Shown in pieces: positions 34,359 to 49,300 of a stretch of 64,000 bases of DNA. The notes under the pieces are model-generated. The model was not told the origin of the DNA and made no database searches. It saw only the letters and a program-made list of their open reading frames with translations. Origin of the DNA: Syncephalis fuscata S228 (taxonomy: Eukaryota > Fungi > Zoopagomycota); NCBI GenBank assembly GCA_025786725.1, contig JAHLTZ010000019.1:310001-374000 (forward strand), in the 5' to 3' direction. The translations under genes and the position numbers were made by a program. Numbering within the stretch: position 1 is the first letter of the stretch; every line of letters begins with the position of its first letter.

Positions 34359-35775
34359 TGTTCTAAAATTATGCGTTGTAAAGAAAAGAAAAGGACTAAA
34401 AACGTGGATGGTAAGGTTTTTTGTTTTGGACAATTTAGCATTATCGGTGGTTTAAATAATTCTCGGATATTCACTTGGCTATAAACAGTAGCACTCGTAA
34501 ATAGAAAGTGTCGCATTCAGCTTTCCTAAATAGGACGAGAAGTTGTGTTTGAGTTTTCTATTTATGCTGTTTTCCATCCCGTATATTTACTTGGATCTGC
34601 AACGGAGAATAGCCGTTTAACATTGAATATATTATTATCCTGCGACTGCCATTGATTTGGGTTTACCCCTTCCAAATATACTAGCACAGTGTAACACATG
34701 CGCACGCACATCATACAAATAAATGTGCTATACAACCAGGCAGTAGCACTATGTACTAGCCAATACTATCATGTCACAGGTTCGAATATCAAATCAATTA
34801 AAACAGTGGGATAAACAATTTGAGAAGAACAAAGTGGCTGAATGTATTAAAGAGACGCAGTTGTACATGTTGAAATTTAGCTACTTTACTAATCAATGAT
34901 GGTTAATATTCAATATATATGATATTAAATAAAGGAGGAAAGAAATTAATATTAGCTGATATATCCGGTGTTTAAGCCTGACATTCAGGCGAGTATCCAT
35001 AAAATTAGAAGATGTTGTAGATATACATTGTAATGTGCTATTACTGTTGTATTTATTAATAAACTTGTTAAAAATTAAAGTATAACTATTTAGCAAATAT
35101 ACATGTGTTGGCCATTTATACAAAAAGCGGCAGTGCTTGTAAAATGCCTAGTACTTGAAGACAGATTAAAGCATGGTGGCACAATTGAAATAAAGAATAT
35201 GCCATTAAAATTTGCAAATACAATTAAAGTGAGCCGAGACAACGTACAAGGAGGTGCAGCTTACACAATAGCTTGATAAGTGAATATAACAAATAGCATA
35301 TGAAATAAAGTAATTAGAAAAGAAAACGATGCAACAATACTAATTAGGTATCAAATAACGCATTATGTACTAATTAGATGGCGTATTCAATAGCGTGTAA
35401 AAGATTGTTTTTTATTTTATATATTTAATAAAGCAATGGTAATAATTGTATTAAAGGACAACAGTTAGATATAAAACTCTATTGTTACATTTTTAATTTT
35501 AAAAATCGCAACTTAGATTATTAAGCAACACATTATCCTGGCGTTATTCTATACGTTAGTTTTTTATGCTTATTAACACTTATCTTAACGCTCATAATGC
35601 AATGTGTTGATCGGTTGTATTGATTCAATGATAAATTTATTACTTATTGGTCATTGATTACCACAGCTTAACTATAGTAAACTAAATAACTTGTATAACA
35701 CCAAAATTTTGTTATTATTATTTATGATTTTACGTATAACGAGGCAAATTGTATGGCATTTTACATGAGTATACA

Positions 35776-37188
35776 TATGACATATAGGTAGCTATTGGCA
35801 AAGTATACCGCTATTGTGTTGTGTGATGATGTAGTAATTGTAGTAATACGCTAATAAATGTACAAAAATAGCAGTTTTTTATCATTCATGCCCTATATAA
35901 TTAAAATACGGCAAAATGATTATTGGATTCAAGTTCTCCATGCTAAGTTATACCGATTGGTATGATTTATAGAACAATGATTTTTGCACAAAATGTTAGT
36001 CAAAAATACAGTTTACGTATGTTTAATTTACTTAGTAAAACATTGATAATATTACGTATAACTTTACATATAATCAAGTAAATTGTCTGATACTTTGTAC
36101 AAGTATGCGTATGACATATAGGTAGCTATTGGCAAAGTATACCGCTATTGTGTTGTGTGATGATGTAGTAATTGTAGTAATACGCTAATAAATGTACAAA
36201 ATAGCAGTTTTTTATTATTCATGCCCTATATAATTAAAATACGGCAAAATGATTATTGGATTCGAGTTCTCCATGCTTAGTTATACTGACTAGTATGGTT
36301 TATAGAACGATGATTTTTTGCAAAAAATGTTGGCCAAAAATGTAATTTATGTAAGTATTTGTTAACAGAAAAACGATTAAAGGTGAAAAATGATATAAAG
36401 TAAACCTAAGCATTCACAGCAATAAAATAAGCACAACAGCAGCTTAATATGCATAAACATTAATGTATGATGGCAATTTATGTCATATATATATAAAGTA
36501 AAGTTTTGTTAACAAATACTTACATAAATTACATTTTTGACTAACATTTTGTGCAAAAATCATTGTTCTATAAATCATACTAGTCAGTATAACTAAGCAT
36601 GGAGAACTCGAATCCAATAATCATTTTGCCGTATTTTAATTATATAGGGCATGAATAATAAAAAACTGCTATTTTTGTACATTTATTAGCGTATTACTAC
36701 AATTACTACATCATCACACAACACAATAGCGGTATACTTTGCCAATAGCTACCTATATGTCATACGCATACTTGTACAAAATATCAGACAATTTACTTGA
36801 TTATATGTAAAGTTATACGTAATATTATCAATGTTTTACTAAGTAAATTAAACATACGTAAACTGTATTTTTGACTAACATTTTGTGCAAAAATCATTGT
36901 TCTATAAATCATACTAGTCAGTATAACTAAGCATGGAGAACTCGAATCCAATAATCATTTTGCCGTATTTTAATTATATAGGGCATGAATAATAAAAAAC
37001 TGCTATTTTTGTACATTTATTAGCGTATTACTACAATTACTACATCATCACACAACACAATAGTGGTATACTTTGCCAATAGCTACCTATATGTCATATG
37101 CATAACTGTACAAAATATCAGACAATTTACTTGATTATACGTAAAGTTATACGTAATATTATCAACATTTTACTAATTAAGCATATTT
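35776..37188. repeat. Large inverted repeat (foldback) whose arms are tandem ~334-bp units
   Basis: Unit 35776-36109 is repeated at 36110-36367; spacer 36368-36506; 36507-37098 is the reverse complement of the left arm, with an extra partial unit to ~37188. Confidence 0.9.
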
Positions 37189-37662
37189 ATTATTTTAATT
37201 CACGTTTCATTGTCTTTTATCATATAATTGTATTAGAATTATATTTTAATAATCCTACATACTGCCATAGCATTGACGCAATAATTTTACATTCAGATTT
37301 GTAAACTGGCGTTATATTGACATTTTTATATATTGTGTGATTAGCCAAATCTGCTAAAATCACATTTAAACAAACAATAATAATACCTATAGTAAATATC
37401 AATGCTAATCAATAACAACAAATAACTATTAAAAAGATATAGCCAGTAAACACGTTAGCGGTAAAAATATAAACAACTATACTAATTGATACGCTGTATT
37501 ATTAATAAAATACTACAAATAATCTATACTTTAGTATTAAATATATTTACTATAAAATGATAGCTTTATTCTACATCATCAAAGCTAATTATCAGTTTCT
37601 AGCTTTTTTATTTCTACTTAACGCATGCAAGTTATTTAATCAAATAAAGTGGCAAAAAGATA

Positions 37663-37744
37663 CGTCAGCGACAGGATTTGAACCTGTGCGGGCAGAACCC
37701 ATGTGATTTCGAGTCACACTCCTTAACCACTCGGACACACTGAC
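37663..37744 (-). tRNA. tRNA-Ser(CGA)
   Basis: gtcagtgtgtccgagtggttaaggagtgtgactCGAaatcacatgggttctgcccgcacaggttcaaatcctgtcgctgacg; long variable arm; downstream T-run Pol III terminator. Confidence 0.95.
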
Positions 37745-38545
37745 TTTAGAAAAACTATAGCAAAATAATTATTTGTTCCAAAATCTAAATTATTAATTAT
37801 TGCTAGCGGTATTTTTTAGTTAAAGTAGATTAATTACATTCCTTAGTAAATCTTGGTTATTGTGGTATAGCCTTAATGATAAAAATAGGTTCTTTTTAGT
37901 TATGCCAAAACAATTAATAGTATTTATTTATTATTAATAAAATTTTGAATTTAATACACTTTTTACTAATCCACATATTACATTGATTAATTTTAAATAA
38001 ACGCAATAGCGTTACAATAACCTGCTTATTTCAGCAGCTGTAGAGAAATAATCTAGTAAAAAAACTATTGATAAATATACTGCTGCTTAATGGCCTATTA
38101 ATTAATCAACCAAGTATTATATTTATAATAAATAATCTATTTGCATTCATATAATTCTGAACTATAGCATTATTTAATGGCCTTATGTATACATATTCCG
38201 TAGTATAGACTACAATAAACACGTTGTCATTTAATGCTAAATGCTTATTTGTAACTATGAGCATTATTTTACTTAACGTCTATATAGGTGCTGAGTCGAT
38301 AAGTAACTAGTTACACGGTTATTAATACTTTTATCTGGGTAATTTGGTGGCCAGATCATAACCTGATGATGACGCAGGATTGTGGCTTTATTCATCACCC
38401 GTCCATATAGCTAGCTTGCACATCGCTTATCCTTTTTCTTCATCGTTGCAATAATCGCCACGTCTGCCATACATCACAAGAGTCTGCTGACTATACTTTA
38501 AATATACTACACGATCTGTCGGCGATCCGTCCAATTCGACCCAAG

Positions 38546-39980
<1,435 letters not shown>

Positions 39981-40515
39981 CGGGCATACTGTTTATGCAT
40001 CACAGTTTTAGCTGTATCTAATGACTCGAATAAATTGAATACACGTTAAATGAATACATTATAATGTAAATGAACTATACAAATAATAATAATAGTAATA
40101 TGGTAATAATAAATTGGCTAATAACATTAATAAATTGGTAACAATAATAAACTGCTAGTTAATAGTAATAAAAATGTGTAATAACAATGGTATAATGTTT
40201 AATAATAATATGTGTTTAATAATAAATATGGCTAATTATTAGTAATAACAGCAATATGATTATAATAAATCGTTAGTAATAAAGATGTGTAATAATAATA
40301 TAATTATTATAGTACTACATTATTAATAATAAATTATAATATAATTAAATCGTTTGTGTGTCTACAAAGTAAGTTTATAATCCAATAGATGAAATAATAA
40401 TAATAATATGAGAAAAAAACAAGAGTACGATCATTCAATGGCTCTAGGATGTATCAAAAGTAGTGGAGCTATAACCAAGTAATACTATCCAATAAACCGT
40501 TGAATTACCAATTTT

Positions 40516-42510
40516 TTAGTTTGTAAATAAGGTGGCCAGACCTGGTAATTGCGGTTTAATATCCTCCATAGCTGTAGTGGCAATAGAAGATGATGAAGTG
40601 GTATGCATTAATGGGCCAGGTGCTGAAATAGACCGATCGATAAGACCCACAGGCATAGGCATTTGCGATGTTGGTACAGCCATTGAATATATGGCTGTTG
40701 CATGATGATGGTGTTGTTGCTGATGATGATGGTCTGGTAGTGACTGCTGTTCTTGTTGCTGTTGTTGTTGTTGCGGTGGTGTCATAAATGAATGTTGATG
40801 TGTTGGTGATTCTTTAGATCCTATTAGGCCGCATTGCTTACGAAGTATTATATTCTCTTCTCTTAGCATGGCATTTTCACGTTGAATTTCGCTTAACCAA
40901 TCAACGGCACTTTCCAGAATTGCTCCCTTATTACGGCGTTGTCCATCAGCACCTCGGCCACGATCTGGCAAAAGGGCAGCAAGAGAACGAATGGTACCGT
41001 TAATGTGGTCACGACGACGACGTTCTACGTGGTTATGGTTTTCACGACGGCGACGTAGCCGTTCTAGCGTAGCCATAGCATTGTTACCGTTGTTACTTGG
41101 TGCTGTAGGGATGGTAGTAGGCATAATTTTTAAAGTCGCTGGTGCTGAAAGAGAGCCATGAATATTTGATGAGAATAACGTATTATGAGCAAAAGAGCCT
41201 GATGCGGATAGTTGTAAAGCAGTTGGATGAACCTGGCCACTGCTGGAAGCAGGTGTATTGGCAGCATTAGCATTCGTAGAAGATGACGTGGACATGATTG
41301 CATTTGGATGAACAAGCGAAAGGGCACCAGACTCAAGCGCTAATCCTTGTGGTCGTCTATCAGTAAAACTGTTATGTCTCAAGTGGCCTTGTGGACGTGA
41401 TGTCATCGGATATGGATGATGTGCTGAATGGTCCCATCGATGTTGATAACCATCATACTTATTGCTACGATGTGTTGGACTCACAGGAACGCTCATTAAA
41501 CCGGATCGATAGGACGTTGGCGTTGCTGTTGCTGCTGTTGCTGGTGTTATGGCTGTAGTAATACCGAGGCCTATAGCATTACTATTATTCACAGACAATG
41601 GTCTATTCATGCTGGATGACATGTTATGCTCGTCATGTCTATCGTGCATGCTATGAAAGCTAGATGAATGCATAGGATGAAATGCTTTATGAATTGCTTC
41701 GTCAATACCGCTTTCCTCTGTCGCTGTATCCGAGTCTGGACTACGACGACGTGGCGATGAACAACGAGTAACTGGCGCAGATGCCGAAATTAAGCTAATC
41801 GACTGGCCTGAAAGGACACGCGGCTGTGCATAGCCATTTGCATTCATAGCACCGCTGGCTAATGCCGCATTGGCAGCGGCAGTTAGTGAAGGCAATTGGC
41901 CAGGTGCTGTACCGTAGGTCATTGGCGTAGCATGTTGATGACTGCCATCGTTGCCGGGATATTTGTTGGCAGTTGGCGATGGACGGCTACTAGGTGTTGC
42001 AGTGCCTGGTGTAACATTACCCAATGAAAGAGCCGTGATTGGTGGCAGTATAGATGGATTTGGCTTTTTAGCTGCATTGGCTGGATTACATGATCCCGTG
42101 GCATTTGCATCATTATAATTGGGCACTGAATGCGCTGCGTAGTGATGGGCCATTTCTTGTCCAGATACATGCGGTTGTTTCTTATAAACACCATCATTAG
42201 CAACGGAAGGGGCATAATTGGATGCTGGCATATGGGCTGCTGGTGGCATTTGTAACATTGTGTTATCCCGATAATCTCCGTTACAGTTCAACATCGTGGT
42301 ATTGGATCTGAAAGGTGTCAGTGATGGAGATACAGCGGCGCTGCCGGTCCCTGGCGTAAGTAGGCCACTACGATGCTCAGACGATGAAGGATAGGGTGGG
42401 TGAGGGAACGGCTCCATCGTATTTACCGCGTAGTCTACACTGCTATTGCCACTGGCAGATGGCGATATAGGTAGCGGGTTTGGCAAAGTACAGGCTGTTT
42501 GTCGTGTCAT
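40516..42510 (-). CDS. bHLH-zipper transcription factor (USF/Pho4/Cbf1-like), 664 aa
   Basis: RRENHNHVERRRRDHINGTIRSLAALLP...NKGAILESAVDWLSEIQRENAMLREENIILRK; long disordered N-terminus; polyQ/H tract. Confidence 0.9.
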   Translation of the reverse strand: MTRQTACTLPNPLPISPSASGNSSVDYAVNTMEPFPHPPYPSSSEHRSGLLTPGTGSAAVSPSLTPFRSNTTMLNCNGDYRDNTMLQMPPAAHMPASNYAPSVANDGVYKKQPHVSGQEMAHHYAAHSVPNYNDANATGSCNPANAAKKPNPSILPPITALSLGNVTPGTATPSSRPSPTANKYPGNDGSHQHATPMTYGTAPGQLPSLTAAANAALASGAMNANGYAQPRVLSGQSISLISASAPVTRCSSPRRRSPDSDTATEESGIDEAIHKAFHPMHSSSFHSMHDRHDEHNMSSSMNRPLSVNNSNAIGLGITTAITPATAATATPTSYRSGLMSVPVSPTHRSNKYDGYQHRWDHSAHHPYPMTSRPQGHLRHNSFTDRRPQGLALESGALSLVHPNAIMSTSSSTNANAANTPASSSGQVHPTALQLSASGSFAHNTLFSSNIHGSLSAPATLKIMPTTIPTAPSNNGNNAMATLERLRRRRENHNHVERRRRDHINGTIRSLAALLPDRGRGADGQRRNKGAILESAVDWLSEIQRENAMLREENIILRKQCGLIGSKESPTHQHSFMTPPQQQQQQQEQQSLPDHHHQQQHHHHATAIYSMAVPTSQMPMPVGLIDRSISAPGPLMHTTSSSSIATTAMEDIKPQLPGLATLFTN

Positions 42511-42526
42511 TGTGTGTTAGACGTGT

Positions 42527-42667
42527 CTAAATAAGCCGAAAAGCAATGACTATCGTTAGTTTACTGTCAATAAATGGATCGTTAAAAATAACATAGATCA
42601 GCAAGCAAAATGGTTGGTAAGACCCCAGCACGTAGGGCTGCCCTGTATTTAGGCAACTGGACCTACC
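42527..42667 (-). other. Probable 5'-UTR intron of the bHLH gene
   Basis: Minus-strand donor AAG|GTAGGT at 42667, branch ACTAAC near 42556, acceptor TTTAG| ending at 42527, 16 nt upstream of the ATG; TATA-like TATATAA near 42920. Confidence 0.5.
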
Positions 42668-45012
42668 TTGAGTCAAGTTAAGGTAGAGAAATGCAAAACG
42701 TTGGTAATTGCTAGTTGAAAGTAGCAATTCAAAATAGAAAGTCAAAGGTTTATGCAAGTAAGCGAGTGTGCTAAATGATATTGCTATTATCGTAACAATG
42801 CGTGGCTATTGCTACTGGGTCGTTAACTAGTGTACGGGCGTGTCGAGGGAAGAGAAGAAAAAAGACAAGCAAGCGAAAGGCCAGTTCAATCAAGCGTGAA
42901 TAGGCAGGGTGTCTTGCTTATATAAGACGTACACTACCACACAGTGAAGAAGTAAACGACGACAGCGCAAGTAATTTTGAGTGTAAAAACCAGCGGCAGC
43001 AGTATTTTTCTATGAAAGCGGAGCTAGTAGCACTAGTGTAAAAAAATCGTGTGATAAATGAAATCAGATGGCGGTGTGTGTAAATGTAGTGTTTTTGGAT
43101 GTATTTTTTTGGGGGCGTGAAGCTGTTGTTTAAAAAGAAGATAAAAAAGAGAAGCTTTTACCATACAGTTGAAAAAAGAGTCAAAATAAACGAGTCAAAC
43201 GATAGCAGCAATAATAGCGGCAGTAAAGCTACTAAGCGTGATAACAGGGGTAATAAACGAGAGCGAGCAAACGAATCAGTAAATGTGAATTAACAGGTTG
43301 TAGGAGTTAAATAGCACTGGCATGGGAATACATTACGAATATATGTATTTTTGTTAGAAACAGTCATGGCTATCGGTATGGTTACCATTTGTGGAGCCAA
43401 TGTTTCGCAGGCTGCTACTCAACACAATGGAAGAAAAGAAGGAAGAAGAATAGGAAGGAGAGCGGGAAAACAGCAAATGATGGCACGCGACTAGGAGACG
43501 TGACCAATGCGTTCGTGCACACTGACACGTGGGACCTGTTCCAAAGCTGACGCGTACAGAGGTTGATAAACTTGGAAGGATTGACGAGGGAGATAAGAAA
43601 GGATACGTTGCATAATTGTTACCCTCTTTGTTACTATTCAAGGATTGAAGGGAAAGGATCTATTCATAGTGTGTGCGTGGCTGTAACATTCGCCGACAGA
43701 CCCGGTAAAGAGATGGCGGAGAATATCGATATTAATAAATAAAAAACGGAAATACAACTAGCAATAGTGGATGATAAATGACACACGTGCTCAGTAAAAA
43801 TCGTCATATGTTAAAATGATCGAGCCATACTATTAAGTAACGCACTTTGTATCGTTTGTATTATTGCTCTACAAGTAATAGATGACAGCAATTAGATACA
43901 TGCAGGCTATTCGTTGCCATACATAAAGATCCTTTGTCCGCACACGTACACACAAAACTCGAACGGATGTTTAGAATCATATGCCGACCATCAGATACAA
44001 CATTGCATAAAAACGATCCATTTCCCATTAAGGTACCTACCAGTTAACAATAGTGCCTACTATGCAAGCGTAAATAGGCCTTGTATATATGGATATAGGA
44101 GGTAGATGCGAACTGAATGGATGTATTTGAGAGTAAAAGAGAAGGTGCGTGTGTGCGTGTGTGAATAGCGTTAAACGAATCAGTGCACCTAATTTGTTAC
44201 GAATAAAAAGCTGCTGTTGGTTAATTCAAGTTATCGTAGAAAAGAACACTATAATAAACATGAGGTGCATCAAATTGAGCATTAATACATCGTCCAAAAA
44301 CTTTGTCCACACGGTGTTGTACTTGTCCTACCTCTAACGAATTCGAAGCACAGGCCAACTGAATAATTGTGCAAGATGAAACAATATACTGATGAACAGG
44401 GTAGTGGCAAAAAGAGCAGGCTGTATAAATTTAAAAGTCTGATACTATACTCATCCAGGCTATAGCAAAAAAGTAGCTGTTTACAAGTGTCAAATGATAT
44501 AGACAAAGCGTAGCAGCAGCGATAATAAACCTCAGTCAAATAAACGTGCACTATAATGGTGGCGGAGATGGTCCTAAAATGAAGTGTTTGCACTATCGCT
44601 GGAGCAAATAAATAGCAAAATAAAAGAGTGAAAATCACGCGCTGCTTTGACCATACCAATGTGGCGTATTATTATATCTGGTAAGTAAATTACCAGTAGT
44701 GCTCTATAATTTAAAATTTCAGCTATTCTTCCTTTCCTTCCTTTCTGCCTATCTATGTGTTCGCTTTGATACATTACATGATTGCGTATGCATTGACCAA
44801 AAGTCCACAGAAAGACTAGCTACTTGCAGCGGTCAGATATCAGCAATAAAATAACTGTGCAGCCAACAAAGATAGAAGGTAGAATGTGTGTGTGATACAC
44901 GCACGCGAGTGCATGTTCTTCCGCACGTTCTCTACTTGCCTATTTTCGACTATCGCCGCAGCCATCCAAGCTTTTCTTTTTGGTCAATAGAACATCTGTC
45001 GTTTCTCTTTAT

Positions 45013-45040
45013 TGTAGTAGTAGTAGTAGTAGTAGTAGTA
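45013..45040. repeat. (GTA)n microsatellite
   Basis: Directly visible. Confidence 0.85.
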
Positions 45041-46303
45041 AGCAATAGGCACCAAATAGTTTCAAGATGTTTGTATCGCCAATACCTTCTTTCTCATTCT
45101 TTCTTCTTGTCAGTGTGTGGTGTGTTTGTATCATGCTAATGGATACACAGGCCCGTAGTGACCAGAACGCACAGTACGATGCCTATTCTACTGCATCAAA
45201 CCGTTTACCATTGGGATGCATCTCTGTTCGTTACTGCAATACACGAAAGCAATAATAACAGATTGGGATGCAACACTCTCATATCCATGCATGTACATAG
45301 CGATGCGTCAAGTACAACGCTCGTGTCTATTTTGGGGATCACATGTTTGTTACTCTTAAAGGTAACTACGATACTAATAATAACTACAATAGCCATTGTT
45401 GTATTAAAAATAACCATAAATATTGACGACTCAATTGATCCATAATAAAAAGTCCACTATGCTTAAAATGCATTATAATAAATAGCTAAATATAACACCT
45501 ATTATTTATTTCCACGTCGTCTCATTTTGTGCATCGACTTTGCCTGCTTGAACGTTTAGATTGAGCATGGGCATGTGTGTGGAAACAAGGCGAATAATGT
45601 ATGTAAGATGCAGTTACCACGACTACTATTGCTGCAAATAAGCTATTGACAAAAGTTGCACCCAGCTCGAATTCAATCGAATTAGGAGAGCGTAGGTCAG
45701 CTAAACTTGACAGACTCAACAGCTCGTGCTGCACATGCATGTACTGGTCTGTGTGACGGCTTTGCTATGGCAGTTCTTGCGTTTTGTTTAGTGTCGCGAA
45801 ATGTCCACAAATAACCATCACGCCATCTTACAGTCGTCGTAAATATAGGCGTCATTTAATCTATTGATTTGATGGCACGTTGTCGCCGACAATCCTTATT
45901 CACTGTCACATCTTGTCGCGTAATTATCCGTGAGACTGTACACGTACGCAGAAGTACCGACTTATTCATCACATTGCCAGCATGCATGAAAAACACGTGA
46001 GAAGTAGTGGATATTTTATTGGTAGAACGTGTTGCTTAACAATTGAGCCAATGAGGCATAATGGCGCCACTATGCATTTGACAAGACATTCCTTAGGAAA
46101 AGAAAGATAATTGGGTTAATGGCATGCTATAGACTTGTTTTGTTTTAAAAATATAATAATAGTAGTAATAATAGTAGTAATAATATATTGTTAATAATAG
46201 CAATAGCAATAATAATAAATATGCTAATAAGTACGTTTTACACAAAAACAACCAATCATTGTAATAAGGAATGAATGTAACAAATAATCCGTAAAATGAT
46301 ATT

Positions 46304-49300
46304 CTAAGTTAAGCAGCGCTGTAATAGATTATCGACACTAATTCGTACATCCATTTCATTTCGGGGGAAACCATGTCTATCATCGTGCATATTGTTGTTA
46401 TCGCTGTTTATCTTGGTCGTTGTAGTAGAACAAGTCGTGCGACCTATGCCGGCAGGTGAATAGAAATACTCGTGCTGACTACTATCCGAATCAAATATCA
46501 CAGTAATGGGTAGATCATCTTCTGGGTCATCACCAGAAAGGGCCGGGACAGTCAATTTGTCGCGTAAAAGAGAGCCGCCTTCAAGCCAACGTTTAGGCGG
46601 TGTGCCACGACCACATACTTTGCGTACTTCGTCGTCGTCGTCATCGACAAAAGGTGCACTTGGTGGCTTGAGTAATTCACCCGCGGCTATTGATGCCGCT
46701 TCTCGGTCGGCTATGGCAAGTTCCGTAGTTAACCGGTTCATTAAACGGGCAAGTCCATCAGATTCATCCTGCGTTAACACATCGTCATTGTCGCCGTCAC
46801 GACTACAGGGATGATGGTGATGAGCCGAATCCCTTACGGATTCATTATTAGCAACACGTCTATTTGCATGGCCTTTCCAAATCGGTAATTTAGAGGGTGG
46901 TTGCTTTTCTCCATTGGTCGTGGGTAGCTCGTTCGAAGCAATTGTATGTGCTAGTGGTGAAGAACGGCGCGGAGCCGTTTTCGATAATATTGCTAATCCT
47001 CGTTTGGCACGTTGCCGGTCGTGCAAACGTGGTACATTATCGTTTATAGATAATAGCATGGCATTGCTTTCCGGCTGCTCTATCGAATGAAATAGTGTTG
47101 ATGAAGGCTGTACACTTGCTGGCTGCCTTTTTTGATCAGCAACTAGTGTCCTCTTGGTTGATCGGCGGGGAATAAGACTACGTTGACGGCGTGTACCAGT
47201 TGCTTGGTGGCTATTCTCCATCGTCTGCGTAGCGTCACTAACCGCGGTCACAGCAATGAATGGAATCGGCTGATGTGTCCGATGTTGCATCTTGTTAGTA
47301 GAACATGTATCATTAACATTGCTTGTATTTACTTCTATCGTATTATCGCGATAGCAAATCTTGCTTTGTGTTGCTTCGACCATTGGTGATACGGCCGTTA
47401 ACTCATCCGATGGAGGGAATAAGCCATCGTTGTACTCTGCACAGTGCATCAGTTTCGATATGACATCGGATGAGGTGGGCTCTGCCATCTTTGCGTGTTC
47501 CCTGCGTAATCGTGCTAAAATATCCAGCCATTCGCGTGGCTCGGTAGCTATTGAGTCGTAGATGCCGTGACACAGCGGTGATCTTTTCAAATTGGTTTGT
47601 CTTGTTCGTGCAACTTGTTCGCCACGTTCCCCATTTTGTTCTGGTGTATCTAAAGAAATAGTTGAACTATCCTCGCTTGTAATACTCATGCTATCTTCTG
47701 TGTCTGGTGTGTCAACGCTATGTGAACTTCCCAAGTGGCGGTTGAATGTGCTTTTAGTAAATTGATCTTTGGATGTTCTACACTTTAAGCGGCGCTTTAG
47801 TGAATTACTGCTGGCCTTTTTTATTCGACGTGCTTCACGTACAATATCTTCTAGCATTTTTCAGCTACATCGACAGAAAAGCGTCGTTTCCAGCTATCTG
47901 CATTTAATTTTGTTTGTTTGTTTGAAGCGAGCAAAGATGGCGCCGATATTTGGCGAGTGTCTTTAGTCAATTGTGTAGCATTGTTTGCTGTATTCTGGGC
48001 GGGTCTTTCATTCATTTGCTTTTCAGCAATACTGCAAGAAAGAAGTGCGTTTAATGCATCATCAAGTCGTGGTGGCGGTGGGCGCGGCGTGGCGTAATTG
48101 ATGTGGTTAGAGGATAGCTGGCGGTAGCCATGTTCATTTCTGCTTGTAATGGATTCAGGTAGTATTTGACTATAATCATTAAGTGGCAAGTCATTATTCT
48201 TTAATATTTAGTTAATACAATATGCTTTAATACATCTATTTTACAATTACAAACATGTAACTATACATACCATTCTGCTAAATATTGGTTGATTTAAGGA
48301 ACAATTGTTTTCCATTAATAAGTCTATAGTAATTTTATACCATCAGCAATATTACTAAACACCTAAGTTTGCACAAACCTGGATGGTCCTCATCAATTGT
48401 TGCAGTTGATCTTCGTATAATTGAAAAAGCTGACTTTGACGATCCCATACTACGATTATCATTACTACGATCATTATTATTAGTATTAAAGGATGTACCA
48501 AATCGCCTGTTGGATTGGCTATTATTATGTGTGATCGACTTGATGTCTGCACAAATACTGCCACGAGCATTGGCGTATTCTTGTTCGCGTTGCAATGATA
48601 GTAATTCATTTCCGTTTGGCTGGTTACTAATAGCCATAGACTGGTTTTGTCTAATTGAGATGTCTAGAAGCGCGTTGGATTCATTCACATTTATAGATTG
48701 AATGTGTGATGAAATATTAGAATCACGCTGTTTTACCAACGACATATCAAGTGATGCTGGGTGTACAACGGCAATAGGCATTGCTATTGATAGATAGCTA
48801 CTGAAAATATTGCCAGAAAATGGTGTTATTAATTTAGTTACATATACAAATGATATACAACTTACTTTCGTGACAGATTAACTGCCACACGTAACAAGTG
48901 AATAACACTAAAATGAAGCGCATTTTGAACACTTTGAATACCTTCCTAAATAATCGATTGCGTTAGTAATTACTGTATTATTAACAACATTGTTACTACT
49001 ACTATAATTATTACATTACTTACAGGAATATCGATTTTTAGTGTAATAATCCTCCATCCATTTGCCGATGGCTCTTTTAAATCTTTCAATGCAGTCTTAC
49101 CCCGATATAAAGATTCAACCAATTTTTTTGTCTGTTCGTGCACTGCTTGCTTTTTTGCAAGTCATCTTTTTTGAATGTTTTTATCTTTTGTTGTAGTATT
49201 AAATTTATACCCGTAATCTAAACAACCATAAATAAGTAAAAGTATTTATACGTATTAAAATATTGCTAATATTGATTCCATTCTTATTGGTATAATATAA

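Noticed and set aside
35776-37188. CRISPR-like or coding interpretation of the repeats
   Set aside because: 334-bp contiguous units without unique spacers, no cas genes, eukaryotic context and no ORF.
40060-40410. AAT-rich quasi-periodic tract between RPT6 and the bHLH gene
   Set aside because: Low-complexity 3'/terminator DNA with no defined repeat unit.
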